The notes under the pieces are model-generated. The model did not search any database. It had not been told where the DNA came from and saw only the letters and a program-made list of their open reading frames with translations. A stretch of 64,000 nt of DNA from Squalus acanthias (taxonomy: Eukaryota), in assembly GCA_030390025.1 (NCBI GenBank), contig CM059431.1:137580001-137644000 (forward strand). The letters run 5' to 3'. Below are positions 11,900 to 25,229 of this stretch, piece by piece. Each line of letters begins with the position of its first letter. Position 1 is the stretch's first letter. Made by a program: the position numbers and the translations under genes.

Positions 11900-12930
11900 T
11901 AATCCTGAGGACTGGGGGAAACATAGAAAACAACAAATGATACAAAGAAAATATTAAGAGCCGATAAAGGGAATACGAAACCACCTTGCAAATAATATAA
12001 AAGCTAAAAGTAACAATTCATGTAAATATATTAAGATTAAGGGAGTGACTGATTGAGATGTGGGCAATTAAATACAGAAACAGATGATACGGTAATAGCT
12101 CACAAGGTAACAGCAGATTTATTTAATGAATACATTGTGTCAGTTTTCACAGTAGATGAAAATGATAAAATATCACTGATAGAAGGGAAACTAAAAATAA
12201 ATAAAGGAGAGGAACTTACTAATAGTAAAAATGTTGATGGGGAAAATATTGGAAATCTCTAGGACCTGATCATTTCCACCCAAGGTTATTAAAAGAAGTA
12301 GGGTGGAAATTGCAGAAGCGTTCGTTAGAATCCTTCAACGCTTTCTTGATTCGGGAATTGTGCCGTTACACTGGAAATTGCTAACGACACTCTACTTTTT
12401 AAGATGGGTGAGATAGAAATTTAGGGAACTACATGCATGTCAGTTTAATGTCGGTTAAGCGGAAGCTATTGGAATCGGTCATTAAGGACCGAGTGACTGA
12501 GCATTTGAGCAAAATGAGCTGATCAGAGAACCAGAATGGCTTTATTCAAGGTCATTCATATCTGACTAATCTAGTGGAATATTTTGAGTGCCTATGGATG
12601 TTATCGATGTGGACATGCAGAAGGCATTCGATAAGGTTCCATACAAAAATTAATTGGCATAAATGAGAGCGCATGGAAATAGAGGCAGCCTTTTAACTTT
12701 GTTTAGAAATTGTTATGGGTTTAGGAGGAAGAGTTGTGATCAATGGTATGCACTCCAATTGACCGGGTACACAAGCCTGGCTTGTATGCGCTTGAATATA
12801 GAAGATTGAGGGGCCACTTGACCGAGGTGTTTAAAATGTTAAGTTTCGATCGGGTAGATAGAGAGAAACTATTTCCTCTGAGCGGGAAATTAAGAACGAG
12901 GGGACATGGTTAAACTTTAGAATGAGGCCC
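11900..12930 (+). mobile_element. Old CR1 ORF2 fragment
   Basis: LFNEYIVSVFT and gcagaaggcattcgataaggttcc (QKAFDKV) remnants; many lesions. Confidence 0.75.
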
Positions 12931-13164
12931 TAAACTCATGAAACTACAACTAAGACAAAGTACCACAAGGGGAACTTTGAACACGGAGATGTGTGATCAC
13001 ACGAATAACTATTGAAGAGTAATATTACCCAGCTGGTTGATGCTGATTCATTATTGTGGGACCATTTCTCCAGTCTGTAACAACATTCGATGCATAGAAT
13101 ATGGGATGGGTTTTGGAGTATGCTGTACTGCAAATAGATTTTAAATATTATTCAAAATACTGCG

Positions 13165-13336
13165 GAAATCTGAAATAAAAACAAAGAATGCTGAAAATTC
13201 TCAGCAAGTTAGGCAGCATATGTGGAGAGAGAACGTTTCAGGTTCTGGCGAAAGGTCATCGGCCTGAAACGTTGAATCTTTCTCTCTCCACAGATGCGGC
13301 CTGACGTGCTGAGTATTTCCAGCATTTTCAGTTGTT
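13165..13336. mobile_element. Foldback of two inverted Penelope-like pLTR ends with a degenerate hammerhead core
   Basis: Arms ~13180-13242 and 13263-13336 are reverse complements and match the PLE end at 28510-28610; ctggcga-a-aggtc-atc-ggcct-gaaac. Confidence 0.7.
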
Positions 13337-13869
13337 ACACATTGTGTGTGGTGGATAGGAATTTAGACAGGCAGCAGGATGGGAAATCACCAGGGAAAGT
13401 AATCAGACATGGGGCAGGCGGAAAGAAAAGGAGAGGGTGAATCAGATATAGAGAAGGAGGGCAAATTGGTGTGGGAATATCGGGCACGGAGCAGGAAGAA
13501 AGGAAGGTCAAGGGTAAAATTAGTATTGCTGCAGGTGGGGAGGAATAAAGGGTTAGCGGGAGATAGTTAGAGGTGTAGGAAGGAGGCAGTTACAGATGCG
13601 GAGGGCACTCAGGCATGGAGCAGGTGGGATGGGATAGGAATGGAAATAGGGGGAGAAACAGATATAATCCGGTGAGGGAGGGAAACAAACATTAAAGACC
13701 AGGCATATAATCGGTGGTGGAAGCAGACAGGTAAAAGGCAGGGATTTCAAACACGGAGCAGGGAGAGCTGTAAACAGACTGGGAGCGGCAGCACAGAGAA
13801 GCAGGAAGGGGTTTGAGACACGGAGCAGTCGCAAGAGGTAGCCTGAACTTTTTATATTTATATTAAATA

Positions 13870-14875
13870 CAATTACTGATTGGCAAATGAATTTAATGTT
13901 CCGAGTTTCCCAGTCTCATAATAAATATGCTCCGCCGCCAAACTTCTAAAAGAAAGATTAAAAGAAAATGTGAAATTACATCACGACCACTAAAAGTTAA
14001 CAAGTCGATGAAGCAGATTTTCACTTGTTTACCGCCCACATTGACTGGTTCAGTTCAAGTTACTGAAACCCGAAGCCTGAGACTCATGGGGGTGAACATC
14101 CTGATCAAGGCCCAGACTGTTACTCATTAACTGGAGGCTGTTTGTTGGAGATTATAATCAGCGATCTTTGTCCCTTGCCATCTCTGCCCATCTCTGGTCC
14201 GAGAATAAAGAGGCTTTATGGTGAATAATGAAATTTAATTGAGGATCTGAAACTGATTCCCGTTACAGAGCACGGATTCACTGCAGGGTCTTCTGAACCA
14301 CAGATGGAAGAGCTGTTGGAAATGTAGTCATTGTTACCACACAGAGGATTAATGACTCTGGGTCAAATGTCAGTAATTTATCAGAACAATTCAAACTGAA
14401 TGAGACCGTGTGTGATTCTGATCGAGCCCTGCACCAGAGAACAGGGCGTGGAGGGATTGTACTGATTAGGCTGAAGGTGGTGTTTATGACTGTGATGTGT
14501 AACTGATCTTTACCCAGGGTGTGTTCATTAACCTGCAGAACTCACAACGCTAACTTGCCCGGTCTCGCTGGAAGCAGAATCAGGAGCCGCATGACAAGGC
14601 AAGGACCCGGAATATACTGAGCACCATTATTGTATTTTAATGTACAGTAAATTCCGTTTATTTGTGTAGTGGTTCAAAGATAGTCGCAAGTTAACATAAT
14701 AATGGTCAGGTAATAACGGATGTATTTTCAGAAATTGAGTTACTGGGAGTTGCGTCATTTAACGGAATGACACTTCCACGTGTAATTTCACACTCTAAAA
14801 TTCTGCTGCTCTAAATAGTATTCCAGTTTATATATCGTGTATTACAAGCTTAGGAACAAAGGGTAAGGGATCGCT
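13870..14875 (+). repeat. Non-coding cassette copy 2 (81-nt exon 14518-14598, GC donor; ~300-bp internal deletion)
   Basis: Colinear with copies 1 and 3; tacccAG acceptor, aag|GCAAGG. Confidence 0.8.
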
Positions 14876-14876
14876 A

Positions 14877-17468
14877 TCATAGAATCATCCAGCAGAGAAC
14901 CGGCCATTCGGCCTATCGAGCCTGGACCGGCTCTTTGAAAGAACAATCCAATTAGTCCCAAACCCCTGCTCTTTCCCCTGAGCACCACAATTTTCTCCCC
15001 TTCAAGTATTTATCCAAACTCCCTTTTAAATGTTACTAATGCTTTTGCTTCCACCCTTTCAGGCAGAGCATTCCAGATCATAATTACTTGATACCTAAAA
15101 ATAATCTCTCCTCATCTCACCGCTGGCTCTTTTGACAATTATATTAAATCTGTGTCCTCTGTTTACCGACCTTTTTGCCAGTGGCAGCAGTTTCTCCTTA
15201 TTTACAATGTCAAAAAAGCTTCATGATTTTGAACAACTCTATAAAATTTCACCTCAAAATTCTCTGCTCCAAGGAGAACGATTCCAGCTCCTCTGGGCTC
15301 TCCATGTAACTGAATTCCTCATCCTTGTTACCATTTCAGTAAATATCCTCTGCATCCTCCCCAAGGCATTGACAGCCTTGTTAAAGTGTGATGATAGAAT
15401 TCGATACAATACTCCAGCTGAAGCCAATGATTGATGAAAGTTGAGTCTAACTTCCTTGATTTTACACTGTATGGGCAAAACTGTGGCAGATGGAGATCTA
15501 TGTGGGAAAGTGTGAGCTCCATCACTTCGGACCTGAAAAAGAGAGATCAGAGTATTTTCTAAATGGCGAGAAGCTAGGAACTGTGGATGAGCAGAGAGTA
15601 GTAGGCTCCGAGTACAGAAACCACAAAATGATAGTCAATCGGTGCAAAAAATAATTAAACAGTGAAATGGAATATTGCCCTTTATCTCAGGAGGGCTGGA
15701 ATACAAACGGCGAGAACTTCTGCTCCAGCTGTACAGAGCTCTGGTTAGACCCCATTTTGATTTCAGTGTCACGTTCTGAGCACTGGACCTCAGGAAGGAT
15801 ATAATGGCCTTGTAGGGGGTGTAGCTGAGATTCACTGGAATGATACCAGGGATCAAATGGTTGTTAGGAAGACTGAATGCATAGACGACGTTTGTATTCC
15901 CTTGTATATCCACGATTAAGGAGTGAGCTAATTGAGGTGTTTAAGATGATCAAAGGAATTGATAGGATAAAAAGCGACAAACTATTTCCTCTGGTGGAGG
16001 AGTCCAGAAGAATGGGGTCAACCTCAAAGCACAGCTGGGCCGTTCAGGGATGATGTTAGAAAACTATTCTTCACACAACTGGTGGTAGAAATCTGGAACA
16101 CTCGTCCTCAAAAATCTGTTGTGGTTAGGTCAAATGAAAATTTCAAAACTCAGATTGATAGATTTTGTTGGGCAAGGTTATTTAGAGTTACAGAACCAAG
16201 GCGGATAGATAGAGTTAAGATACAGATCAACCATGATCTAATTGAATGTCAGAACAGGCTCCAGGAGATAAGTGGCCTACTCCAGTTACTATGTTCCTAT
16301 ATTCCTATGCCTCTATTTATAAAGCCAAAAATCCCGTATACTTTCTTAACAACTTGTCCTGCCACCTTTAAAGATTTATGTACGTATACACTTCTGTTTT
16401 TTTCTGTTCCTGCACCCACTCTAACATTGTACAATATAGTTTATATTGCATCTCCCCATTCTTCCTTCTAAAATGCATCTTTTCACACTTCTCAGCGTTA
16501 CATTTCATCTCCCATGTGTCTTTGCCCTTCTGAAATCTACTACTAACCTCCTCAATGTTTACGACTTTTCTGATTTTCCTGTCATCGTCAAGCTTTGAAA
16601 TTTGCACTGTATACTCAAGTCCAAGTCATTAATATATATACAATGAGCAGTGGTCCTAATACCGACCCCTGGGGACACAAGTGTACACTTCTCTCCATTG
16701 TTTCACCACAACACTCTGCTTCCTGTCGCTCAGCAATTTAGTTTCCATACAGCGATTGCTCCTTTAATATAATTTGCTTCAATTATGTGAATAGATCTAC
16801 TATGCGACACTTTAGCAATCTCCTTCTGAAGGTCCATATACACAACATCAACAGCAGTACCTTCATCAGCCCGCTCCCTTAATTCAGAGAAAACTCACTC
16901 AAGACAATCAGACTCGATCTGCCTTGAGCGAATCTGTTATGGTTGTCGTATCGATGCTGACTGCTGTTTATTAAACCATCTTCTTCCAAGTGACAATTAA
17001 TTTTGTCTCGAATTATTGTCTCTCCACGTTTCCCATACCCTGATGTTAGGATGACTTGCCTGTAGTTACTTGGTTTATTCCTATCCCCTTTTTGAACAGG
17101 GAAGTAATTATTGAAAACCTCCAGTCCTCTGACACCACTCTCATATCCAATGAGGATTGCAAGATTGTGGCCAGAGTCTCCGCGATTTTCATCCTTACTT
17201 CTGTTAGAAACCTAGAATGCATCCCATCCAGACCGGGTGACATTTCCAGTTTGAGCGCTGTCAGATGTTTTAATACCTCCTCTTTTTCTCTTGATAGCTC
17301 ATCCAGTTTCTCAACCACCTCCTCCTTTACTATAAGATTGGCACCATCCTCTTCGTTATTGAAGAAAGAGGCAAAATACTCATTTAGGACATTAACCATG
17401 TCCTCTGCTCCCACAACAAGACTGCCTTTTATGTCCATGATCGGCCCCACCTTTCCTTTGACTATCAC
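14877..17468 (-). mobile_element. Degenerate CR1 (minus) with a nested + strand CR1 (~15472-16309); paralog of 5290-7950
   Basis: Same nested junctions as the 5.3-8 kb block; RT motifs. Confidence 0.85.
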
Positions 17469-17469
17469 T

Positions 17470-20400
17470 CGCAGAATCATGGAATAGTTACAGCACAGAA
17501 GGAGGTCATTCGGTGCGTCGAGCACGTGCAGGGTCTCTGCAAGAGCACTTCAGCTAGTCCCACACACCAGCCTTTCCCTGCAGCCCTGCATTTTTTTCCT
17601 TCGGTTACTTAACCAATACCCTTTTGACAGCCATGATTGAATCTGCCTCCACCACACTTTCAGGCTGTGCATTCCAGATCATATCCACTCGCTGCGTAAA
17701 AAGGTTTTTCCTCATGCCACCTTTGCTTCTTTGTTTCTCGACTCTTCAACCAATAGGAACAGTTTCTCTCCACCAACTCTGTTTAGACCCCTCATGATTT
17801 TGAGCATCTCTATCAAATCTCCTCTCAATCTTCTCTGATCGAAGGAGAATAACCCCAGCTTCTCCAGTCTATCCATGTAACTGAAGTCGCTCATCCCTGG
17901 AACCATTCTTGTGAATCTTTTCTGCACCCTCTCTCAGGCCTTCACATCCTTCTTAAAGTGCACTGCCCAGAACTGTACACAATACTCCAGTTGAGGCTGA
18001 ACCAATGTTTTATACAGGTTCATCGTGACTTCCTTGTTTTTGTACTCTTTGCCTCTATTTATAAATCCCAGGATCCCGTCTGCTTTTTAACCGCTTTCTC
18101 AACCTGCCCTTACACCTTCAACGAATTGTGCACAAATACTCCCATCACTCTCTGTTAATGCACACCATTTAGAACTGTATCCTTTAATTTATATTTCGTC
18201 TCCGAGTTATTCCTACCAAAATGTATCACGTCGCACTTTTCTGCATTAAATTTCACCTGCCATGTGTCCGCTCATTCTACCAGCTGATCTATGTCCTCTT
18301 GAATTCTATCACTATTCTCCTCATTTTTCACTATACTTCCAAGTTTTGTGTCATCTCAAAATTTTGAAATGTTGCCCTGTACAGCAAATCTAAGTCATTA
18401 ATATATATCAAGAAAAGCAATAGTCCGATTACCGAACCCTGGGGAACACCACTGTGTACCTTCAACCAGTCTGAAAAATATACGTTCACCACTACTCTCG
18501 GTTTCCTGCCCATTTCGTATCCATGCTGCCACTATCCCTTTTAGTCCATGGTCTTAAACTTTGCTGGCAATCCTATTATGTGGCACTTTATCAAACGCCT
18601 TTTGGAAGTCCATGTACACCACAGCAAACGCATTGCCCTCATCAACCCTCTCCGTTACCTCATCAAAAAACTCAATCAAGTTAATTAAACACGATTTGCA
18701 ATTAACAAATTCTTACTGGCTTTCCTTAAGTAATCCATACTTGTTCAAGTGAGTGTTAATTTTGTCCCGGATTATCGTTTCTAAAAGCTTCGCCACTACC
18801 GAGGGTAAACTGATTGGACTGTAGTTGCTGGGTTTATCCGTACACACTTTTTTGAACAATGGTGTAACATTTGGAATTCTCCAGTCCTCTGCCACCACCC
18901 CCGTATCCAAGGAGGATTGGAAGATTATGGTCAGTACCTCCTCGCAATTTCCACCTTTACTTCCCTTAGCATCCTAAGATGCGTCCCATCCGGTCCTGGT
19001 GACTTAACTACTTTAAGTACAGCCAACGTTTCAAATAACTCCTCTTTATCAATTTTTATCCCAACCAGTATCTCAACTACCTCCACTTCAAATATGACTT
19101 TGGCAGCATTTTCTTCCATGGTAAAAAGAGATACAAAGTCTTCATTTATTACCTCAGCCATGACCTCTTCCTGCATGTATAGGTCTCCATTTTGGTCCCG
19201 CTTAGGCCCCATCCCTCCTCTTACTACCCGTTTACTATTTACGTGCATATCGAAGACTTTTGGATTCCCTTTTATGTTAGCTGCCAATCTATTTTCATAC
19301 TCTCTCTTTGCCCCTGTTATTTCCTTTTGCAATTAAACTCTGAACATTCTATATTCGGCCAGTTTCTCACTTGTATTTTCAACCTGACATCTGTCATAAG
19401 CCCCCCCCTTTTCTGCTTCATCTTACTCTCTATTTCTTTCGTCATCCAGGGAGCTCTGGCTTTTGTTGCCCTACCTTCCGCCCTAGTGGGAATGTACCTC
19501 GACTGTACCCGAACCATCTCCTCTTCAAAGACAGTCTGCCAATCTTTGATTCCAATTTACCCTGTCCAGATCTATTCTAAACCCAGGGAAATTGGCCTTC
19601 TTCCAATTAAGTATTTTTACACTAGATTACTCCCAGTCCTTTTCCAAAGCTAATCTGAACCTTATGATACCGTTATTACTGTTCCCTAAATGCTCCCCAA
19701 CTGACAATTGCTCTAGTTGACCCAACTCATTCCCCACAAATAGATCCAGCAATACTTCCTTCCTGGTTGGGCTGGAAACATACTGATCAAGAAAGTTCTC
19801 CTGAACAAACTTCAGAAATTCTTCTCCCTCTCTGCCCTTCACACTATTACTATCCCAGTCTATATTAGGATAGTTGAAGTCGCACATTATCACTACTCTA
19901 TAGTTCTTGCATCTCTCTGTAATTTCTCTTCAAATTCGCTCATCTATATCCTTCCCACTAGTTGGCAGCCTATAGAATACACCTAGTAGTGTAATGGCAC
20001 CTCTATTGTTCCTGAAATCTAACCAAATAGATTCTGTCCTTTTAACCTCCAGGACGTCCTCTCTCTCCAGCACTGTAATATTCTCTTTAATCAATACTGC
20101 TGCACCACCTTCTTTCTTTCCTTCCCTATCTTTCCTGAACACCTTATATCCAGGAAGATTTACGACCCAATCCTGACCTTTTTTGAGCCAGGTCACCGTT
20201 ATCGCCACGACATCATATTCCCATGTGTCTATTTGCTCCTGCAGCTCCCCAATCTTTTTTACCACACTTCGTGCATTCACACACATGCATTGTAAAGCTT
20301 TTTTAGACCTTTTATTCTCTCTTAGTCTGACCCCACCCAGTACCGTATTATTTATTGCTCTAGTTCTATCTGTCTCTGCCAATCCTTTGTGCACATTGTT

Positions 20401-22030
20401 TCTCCTTTCTAATGCTACATCCTGCTGCCCATCCCCCTGCCAACAGCACTAGCATCCCCACAACCCACGGCGGTCATTGGACCCAGCCCTGATGTTTTGC
20501 AAACCGTCCGGCCTGTGAAGATCCCACCTCCCCCAGAATTGGTTCCAATGTCCCAGGAATCTAAAGCCCTCCCTCTACACCATCTCCCCAGAAACGCATT
20601 CATCTGCTCTATCCTCCTTTTTCTATATTCACTAGCTCGTGGCACCGAAAATAATCCGGAGATTACGACTTTTGAGGTCCTGCTTTTAATCTCTTCCCTA
20701 GCTCCCTAAAATCTGCCTGCAGGACTTCATCCTTCTTTCTAACTATGCCGTTGATACTGATATGGACCACGACCTCTGGCTGTTCACTCACCCCCCTCAA
20801 AATGTTCTGCAGCTGCTCAGTGACATCCTTGACACTGGCACCACGGAGGCAACATACTATCCTCGAATCACGTCTGTGGCTGCAGAAACGCCTGTATGTT
20901 CCTCAGCTATCGAATCTCCTTACACGAATGATTTTCAGATCTATCTCCTGCCCCCCCCCCTCCCTCCCCCGTACAACTGAGCCACCCGTGGTGCCATGGA
21001 CTTGGCTCTGGCTGTACTCCCCAGAGGAACCATCGCCCTCACCATACTGGTTAGAGAGCGAGATGCACTCAGGTGAATCCTGCATTCCCTGCCTGGTCCT
21101 CCCTGTCACTCTGACCGTCAGCCACTCCCTCTCTGCTTGCACACTCTTACGCTATGGGGTGACCACCTCCTCAAACGTACTATCCACGTCGCTCTGAGCC
21201 TCACGGATGCACCGCGATGACGCCAGCTGCTGCCCAAGCTCCGAAACCTGGAGCTTGAGATCCTCCAGCTGATGACACTTCCTGCATATGTGTTTCTTCG
21301 GGACACGGGAAGTATGCTGGAGTTCCCACATGGCACAAGATTTGCATTCCACGGGACCGAGGTGCCCTGCCAATCCTCTACTTAATAGACTATTAAGTAA
21401 CTTAACATAAATAAAATTAAGCCCTAAAATAAAATCATCAACTACTCACCAATCAGCTCCTTCAATTGCGCTGACGTCACTTACCAAGCTCCGTGTCACT
21501 CGCGGCCCACCGGGCTCTTGGGCCTACCTTTATCCGTGGCCGCTCCTCTCGATTTCCCGCAGATCCACTCTCGTGTCATTAACTTAGCTCCGCTCCTCCT
21601 TTTCAGTCTGACGTCTGCACCGCCTTTTCCTTTCCACCAATTCCTGTGCTCACAAAATTCCTCAGTACTCTTACGATTCACTTAATTTGCGATCACCCAG
21701 CTCTGTGATTTTACAAGCTTGTGCCTAAGATATACCTTTTGAGAGTCAAACAAGCTACACCTGCTTAATCAGATTCTAGATCACCGCTTTTACCACCTAC
21801 TCAAGCAGCCACTTACAGCCGATAGCTCTAAACTGCGAACTGCCACTGATCATGCAATTTGTTTTATGTTACAATACAAAGCCAAATTCCAATCTGATGA
21901 TTACTTACCTAACTTAACTTATACCTAGCAGTGAATTCCCCCTCTCCACCAATTCCTGCGCTCACAAAAGTCCTCACTCTGCTTGCTATTCACTCGGTTT
22001 GCGATCTCCCAGCTCTGTCTTCAAGCTCGG
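17470..22030 (-). mobile_element. Near full-length degenerate CR1 LINE (5'UTR, ORF1 Zn-finger/coiled-coil/esterase remnant, ORF2 APE + RT, 3'UTR)
   Basis: ORF1 VECKSCAMWE...HICRKC; APE CVNARSVVKK...DVVAIT, DFNYPNIDW; RT GVPQGSVIG; tail at ~17475; multiple frameshifts. Confidence 0.9.
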
Positions 22031-22224
22031 TGCTCAAGCTCTCTTCTAACCCTACATTAAAATCCATTTGGCACAGTTTTGCCTATTCAATTAGTCTATC
22101 AATATCTCATTGTAATTTATGCTTCTATCTATACTGCTTACATTTCCGCCTATCCTTGTGTCATCGGTAAATTTGCCCTAACAACGCTTTGTAATTGTTC
22201 AAACTGATTTAAAACAATACCACA

Positions 22225-24720
22225 GGGTTCTTAAACAGGTTTTTTGTTAATTCTAGTCTAATAATTTGAAAATGTCCGATTTATTTTCTAACATGTGAAA
22301 CTTAACTTCAAGGCTGAGTCTTGGATTGTAACTTATCTTTTGTTAAACAAACTTTTTTGTTTTGGTTCGTCTCAGCCTTTCCACACCAGCGTTTCTAACT
22401 GAAATTGTAATTGAGTTTTTTTCCATAATTCTGGGTGCACAATCTTAAATTAAAATGAACATACCCAATCAACTATATTCACACGTTTATGCAACTTCGA
22501 AATATAGTTTCTAGCGATTCTAACCATTTCTATCTCTGGGCCTCGCAACGTTGTTTCAGGCCGCCACCATTAATTCTGTTGCCTTTTGATGCGAGTCCAC
22601 GTTTGGACTGCTCGAAAATGGCAGTGATTCTTATATCTGGTTATTTCCCGTTCGGATTTGGCTCCTATTTGATGGGACCAGTCTCCCCTACTTTTCCTTC
22701 CATTGATCCCTGCAATGGGTTATGAACACAAAGTGCCAAAATTTAATTGATATTCGCTAGTCGCGAGCCAAGAAACATTGACACAAACTCGCGGAAACGT
22801 TTTCATCTCGTTTAACTGAAAACAAAACACGATGACGACACTTATCTTATTCCTTCTTTACAGCTATCCTAATTCTTTAACATTGGCTGTGGGCTTTTCA
22901 ACTTCTTTCTCACTTTCCTAACCCCTTTTGGTGCACATTAAGTCTTCAACCCAGGGTTTTTATTAGCTGCTATTTACCCCACACACTGCTCGGGCAACGC
23001 CACACCTGGAGGTAAGGCAGCCTGCAGCAGTGGAGAAGCATCCTCGTCTGTCGAGGCGTCTGGCTGCTGCAGCAATCGAACTGTACATGGTAACTGACTT
23101 GGGTCTCCTATTCCCTCATATTTGGGCAATTGGCCACTGAGTTGGCACAATTCTGGAAGGGTCAGATCCGACTTATTTCTTTAGCTTTGTATTCATACAG
23201 GACTTGACTTTCCCTGTTTGTCATCCCTCCTGTGAACAGGAGTTTGGTAACTATGGGGGCCATATTAGCAGATCTGTGTAACCCCGTACTATCTCCTGTA
23301 TTAGACTGGCACTCGCTACATTACTACTGATACTAGAAGTACGACTTTCTCCCTGCTCGGCATTACAGACCTCCACCTTCACTGGTCTTCCAGACTGTGG
23401 GGAGGCTGTTGGGAGAACTGGATCATCCTCGTCACGTCAGTACTGGATTCCACCTCGTAAGTGCCCACAGACAAAGCTGCCACTCTAACTTTTAATTCTT
23501 TAATATTTTATCGTCCTCTGCTCTCCCCCGCCTCTTCTCTCTTCATTGCCTTATCACCTCTCTATCCTTGTTTTCCTGCGTCAAATTCCATAGTTCTCGA
23601 TAAGCTATTTTATTATCCGTCTATTTTCCCTGTATCTTTCCTATTGTTTCTGAATAGTTTTGCAGCTGGACGCATAACTGGTGCATCTCCAACTGTTGGT
23701 TGGCGGATAATTTGCCTTCTGCCTGTACAAAACCCAATACGTGTTTTAAATCTCTCTACTTCTGTCTGTAGAGTCCGAGCCTGGAATTTGGTGAGCATAC
23801 AGCTTAGATTACCATTCCTGAATTCTAGCTACTGGTGTCCTTTGTCCCGCTCTCCTTCATCTCTCTGATAGTTGTTGACCCTTATGTCGCCACGTTGTGT
23901 GCAAACGTGAGCTGCAAAGTGTAACCACTGCCTGCCTTTCTAATCGTCTGCCCGCACCCTCTATGAGGGTACTACATTGTTAACATTTAACGTTTTATTT
24001 TTACAGTTGTTCCATGTTTGGCCCTCTCCTTCTTCGATTCGGTCTTTATCACACGTCATCGTGAGTTCCCTGTAAGGGTCACCGTGGCCTTCCTGAAAAG
24101 GTCCTGCTCGAGTGCGCTTTTGGACATCACCTTCTGCCTACAACATCCGCGATAATATTCATTTATTAACGTTTATTTTTTACAGCTGTTCCCTGTTCGG
24201 TACTCTCCTTTTTGGACTCGGCTTTTATTGGAGTTTATCCATCTCCAATTTCCTTACAACAACGTTCCCCTTTCTGTGATGTCTATAAGAGATTGAGGAC
24301 TATGCGATTAGTAGAGTGGTCCTTCAGCCACTGTCACGTTAAAACGCCATGTAACTTTTTATCTACTATACCCCATTATCAAATTGAATATTACTCACAC
24401 GTAGAGATTCTTTTATCCTGAGTCCTGCTGTGTTACCTTGGTTTGTCGTTGGTAAAAGCAGTCTACCTCCTTCCCCAGAGCTAGTTCGCCATTGAGTCCT
24501 TAATGGGTGTGATTCGATTTCAGTCCCGTCTCGCCCCCCGCCCCCCCGGTTTTCAAACAACAACAACATTAGGTCCTTTTCTCGGCTCGCCAATGTTGTC
24601 TTAAACAGGGTTCTGTTTGTTCACTTGAGTAGTAACGAATTCACGCTTTTGGTTATAATCATTTTATTCTTTAACTTCACCATAAAAAAAACAATTTACA
24701 AGCGGAGTACAGTCACAGTT
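22225..24720 (-). mobile_element. gag: Degenerate LTR retroelement/ERV relic (LTR U5, PBS, leader, gag remnant, divergent second LTR end)
   Basis: Minus strand AATAAA (24663-24668)...ACAACA-T-TGGCGAGCC (24584-24592); similar U5 end at ~22226-22290; capsid-like LTLPELCQLSGQLPKYEG near 23110-23165. Confidence 0.6.
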
Positions 24721-25229
24721 AGTCACTCAAAATAGGCGTGGGTCTTTTGGTGCCGCATGAACAAAGGAAATAGCTTACATTTATACACTGCTTTCTTATC
24801 AAACTGGAGCAGGCATTGCCTAATATGGTAGTCCAGAGACACAAGTCTGCATTTTCTTCAACGTACATCAACAACGTTAGAAGCAAAAAAACACATCGTG
24901 GCATTGCTGTGGTAAATATCTAAGGCCACAAACACCAGCTGTGGCTAAGTGAAATCCGTCTCTCCCCCTCTCTCTCCAATGATACCAACTACATGTTTTC
25001 CCTACATCGGATGAACTAAAATTAACTCTTTTCAGAAGCTGAATTAACCGAGTTCCATATGCCAACAGACAAGCATCACAATTGTCGCTGCCGGACTTTC
25101 TCAGGACTGCACCCTTGGTTAGATACATCCATAAATGACTTTCTCTCTGTCTTAAGTTCAGGAATCGATCTGTTCTCTGTAAATTCAACAGTGCCCTGCT
25201 CGATTTAAAACTTCATAAATAATGAAGCA

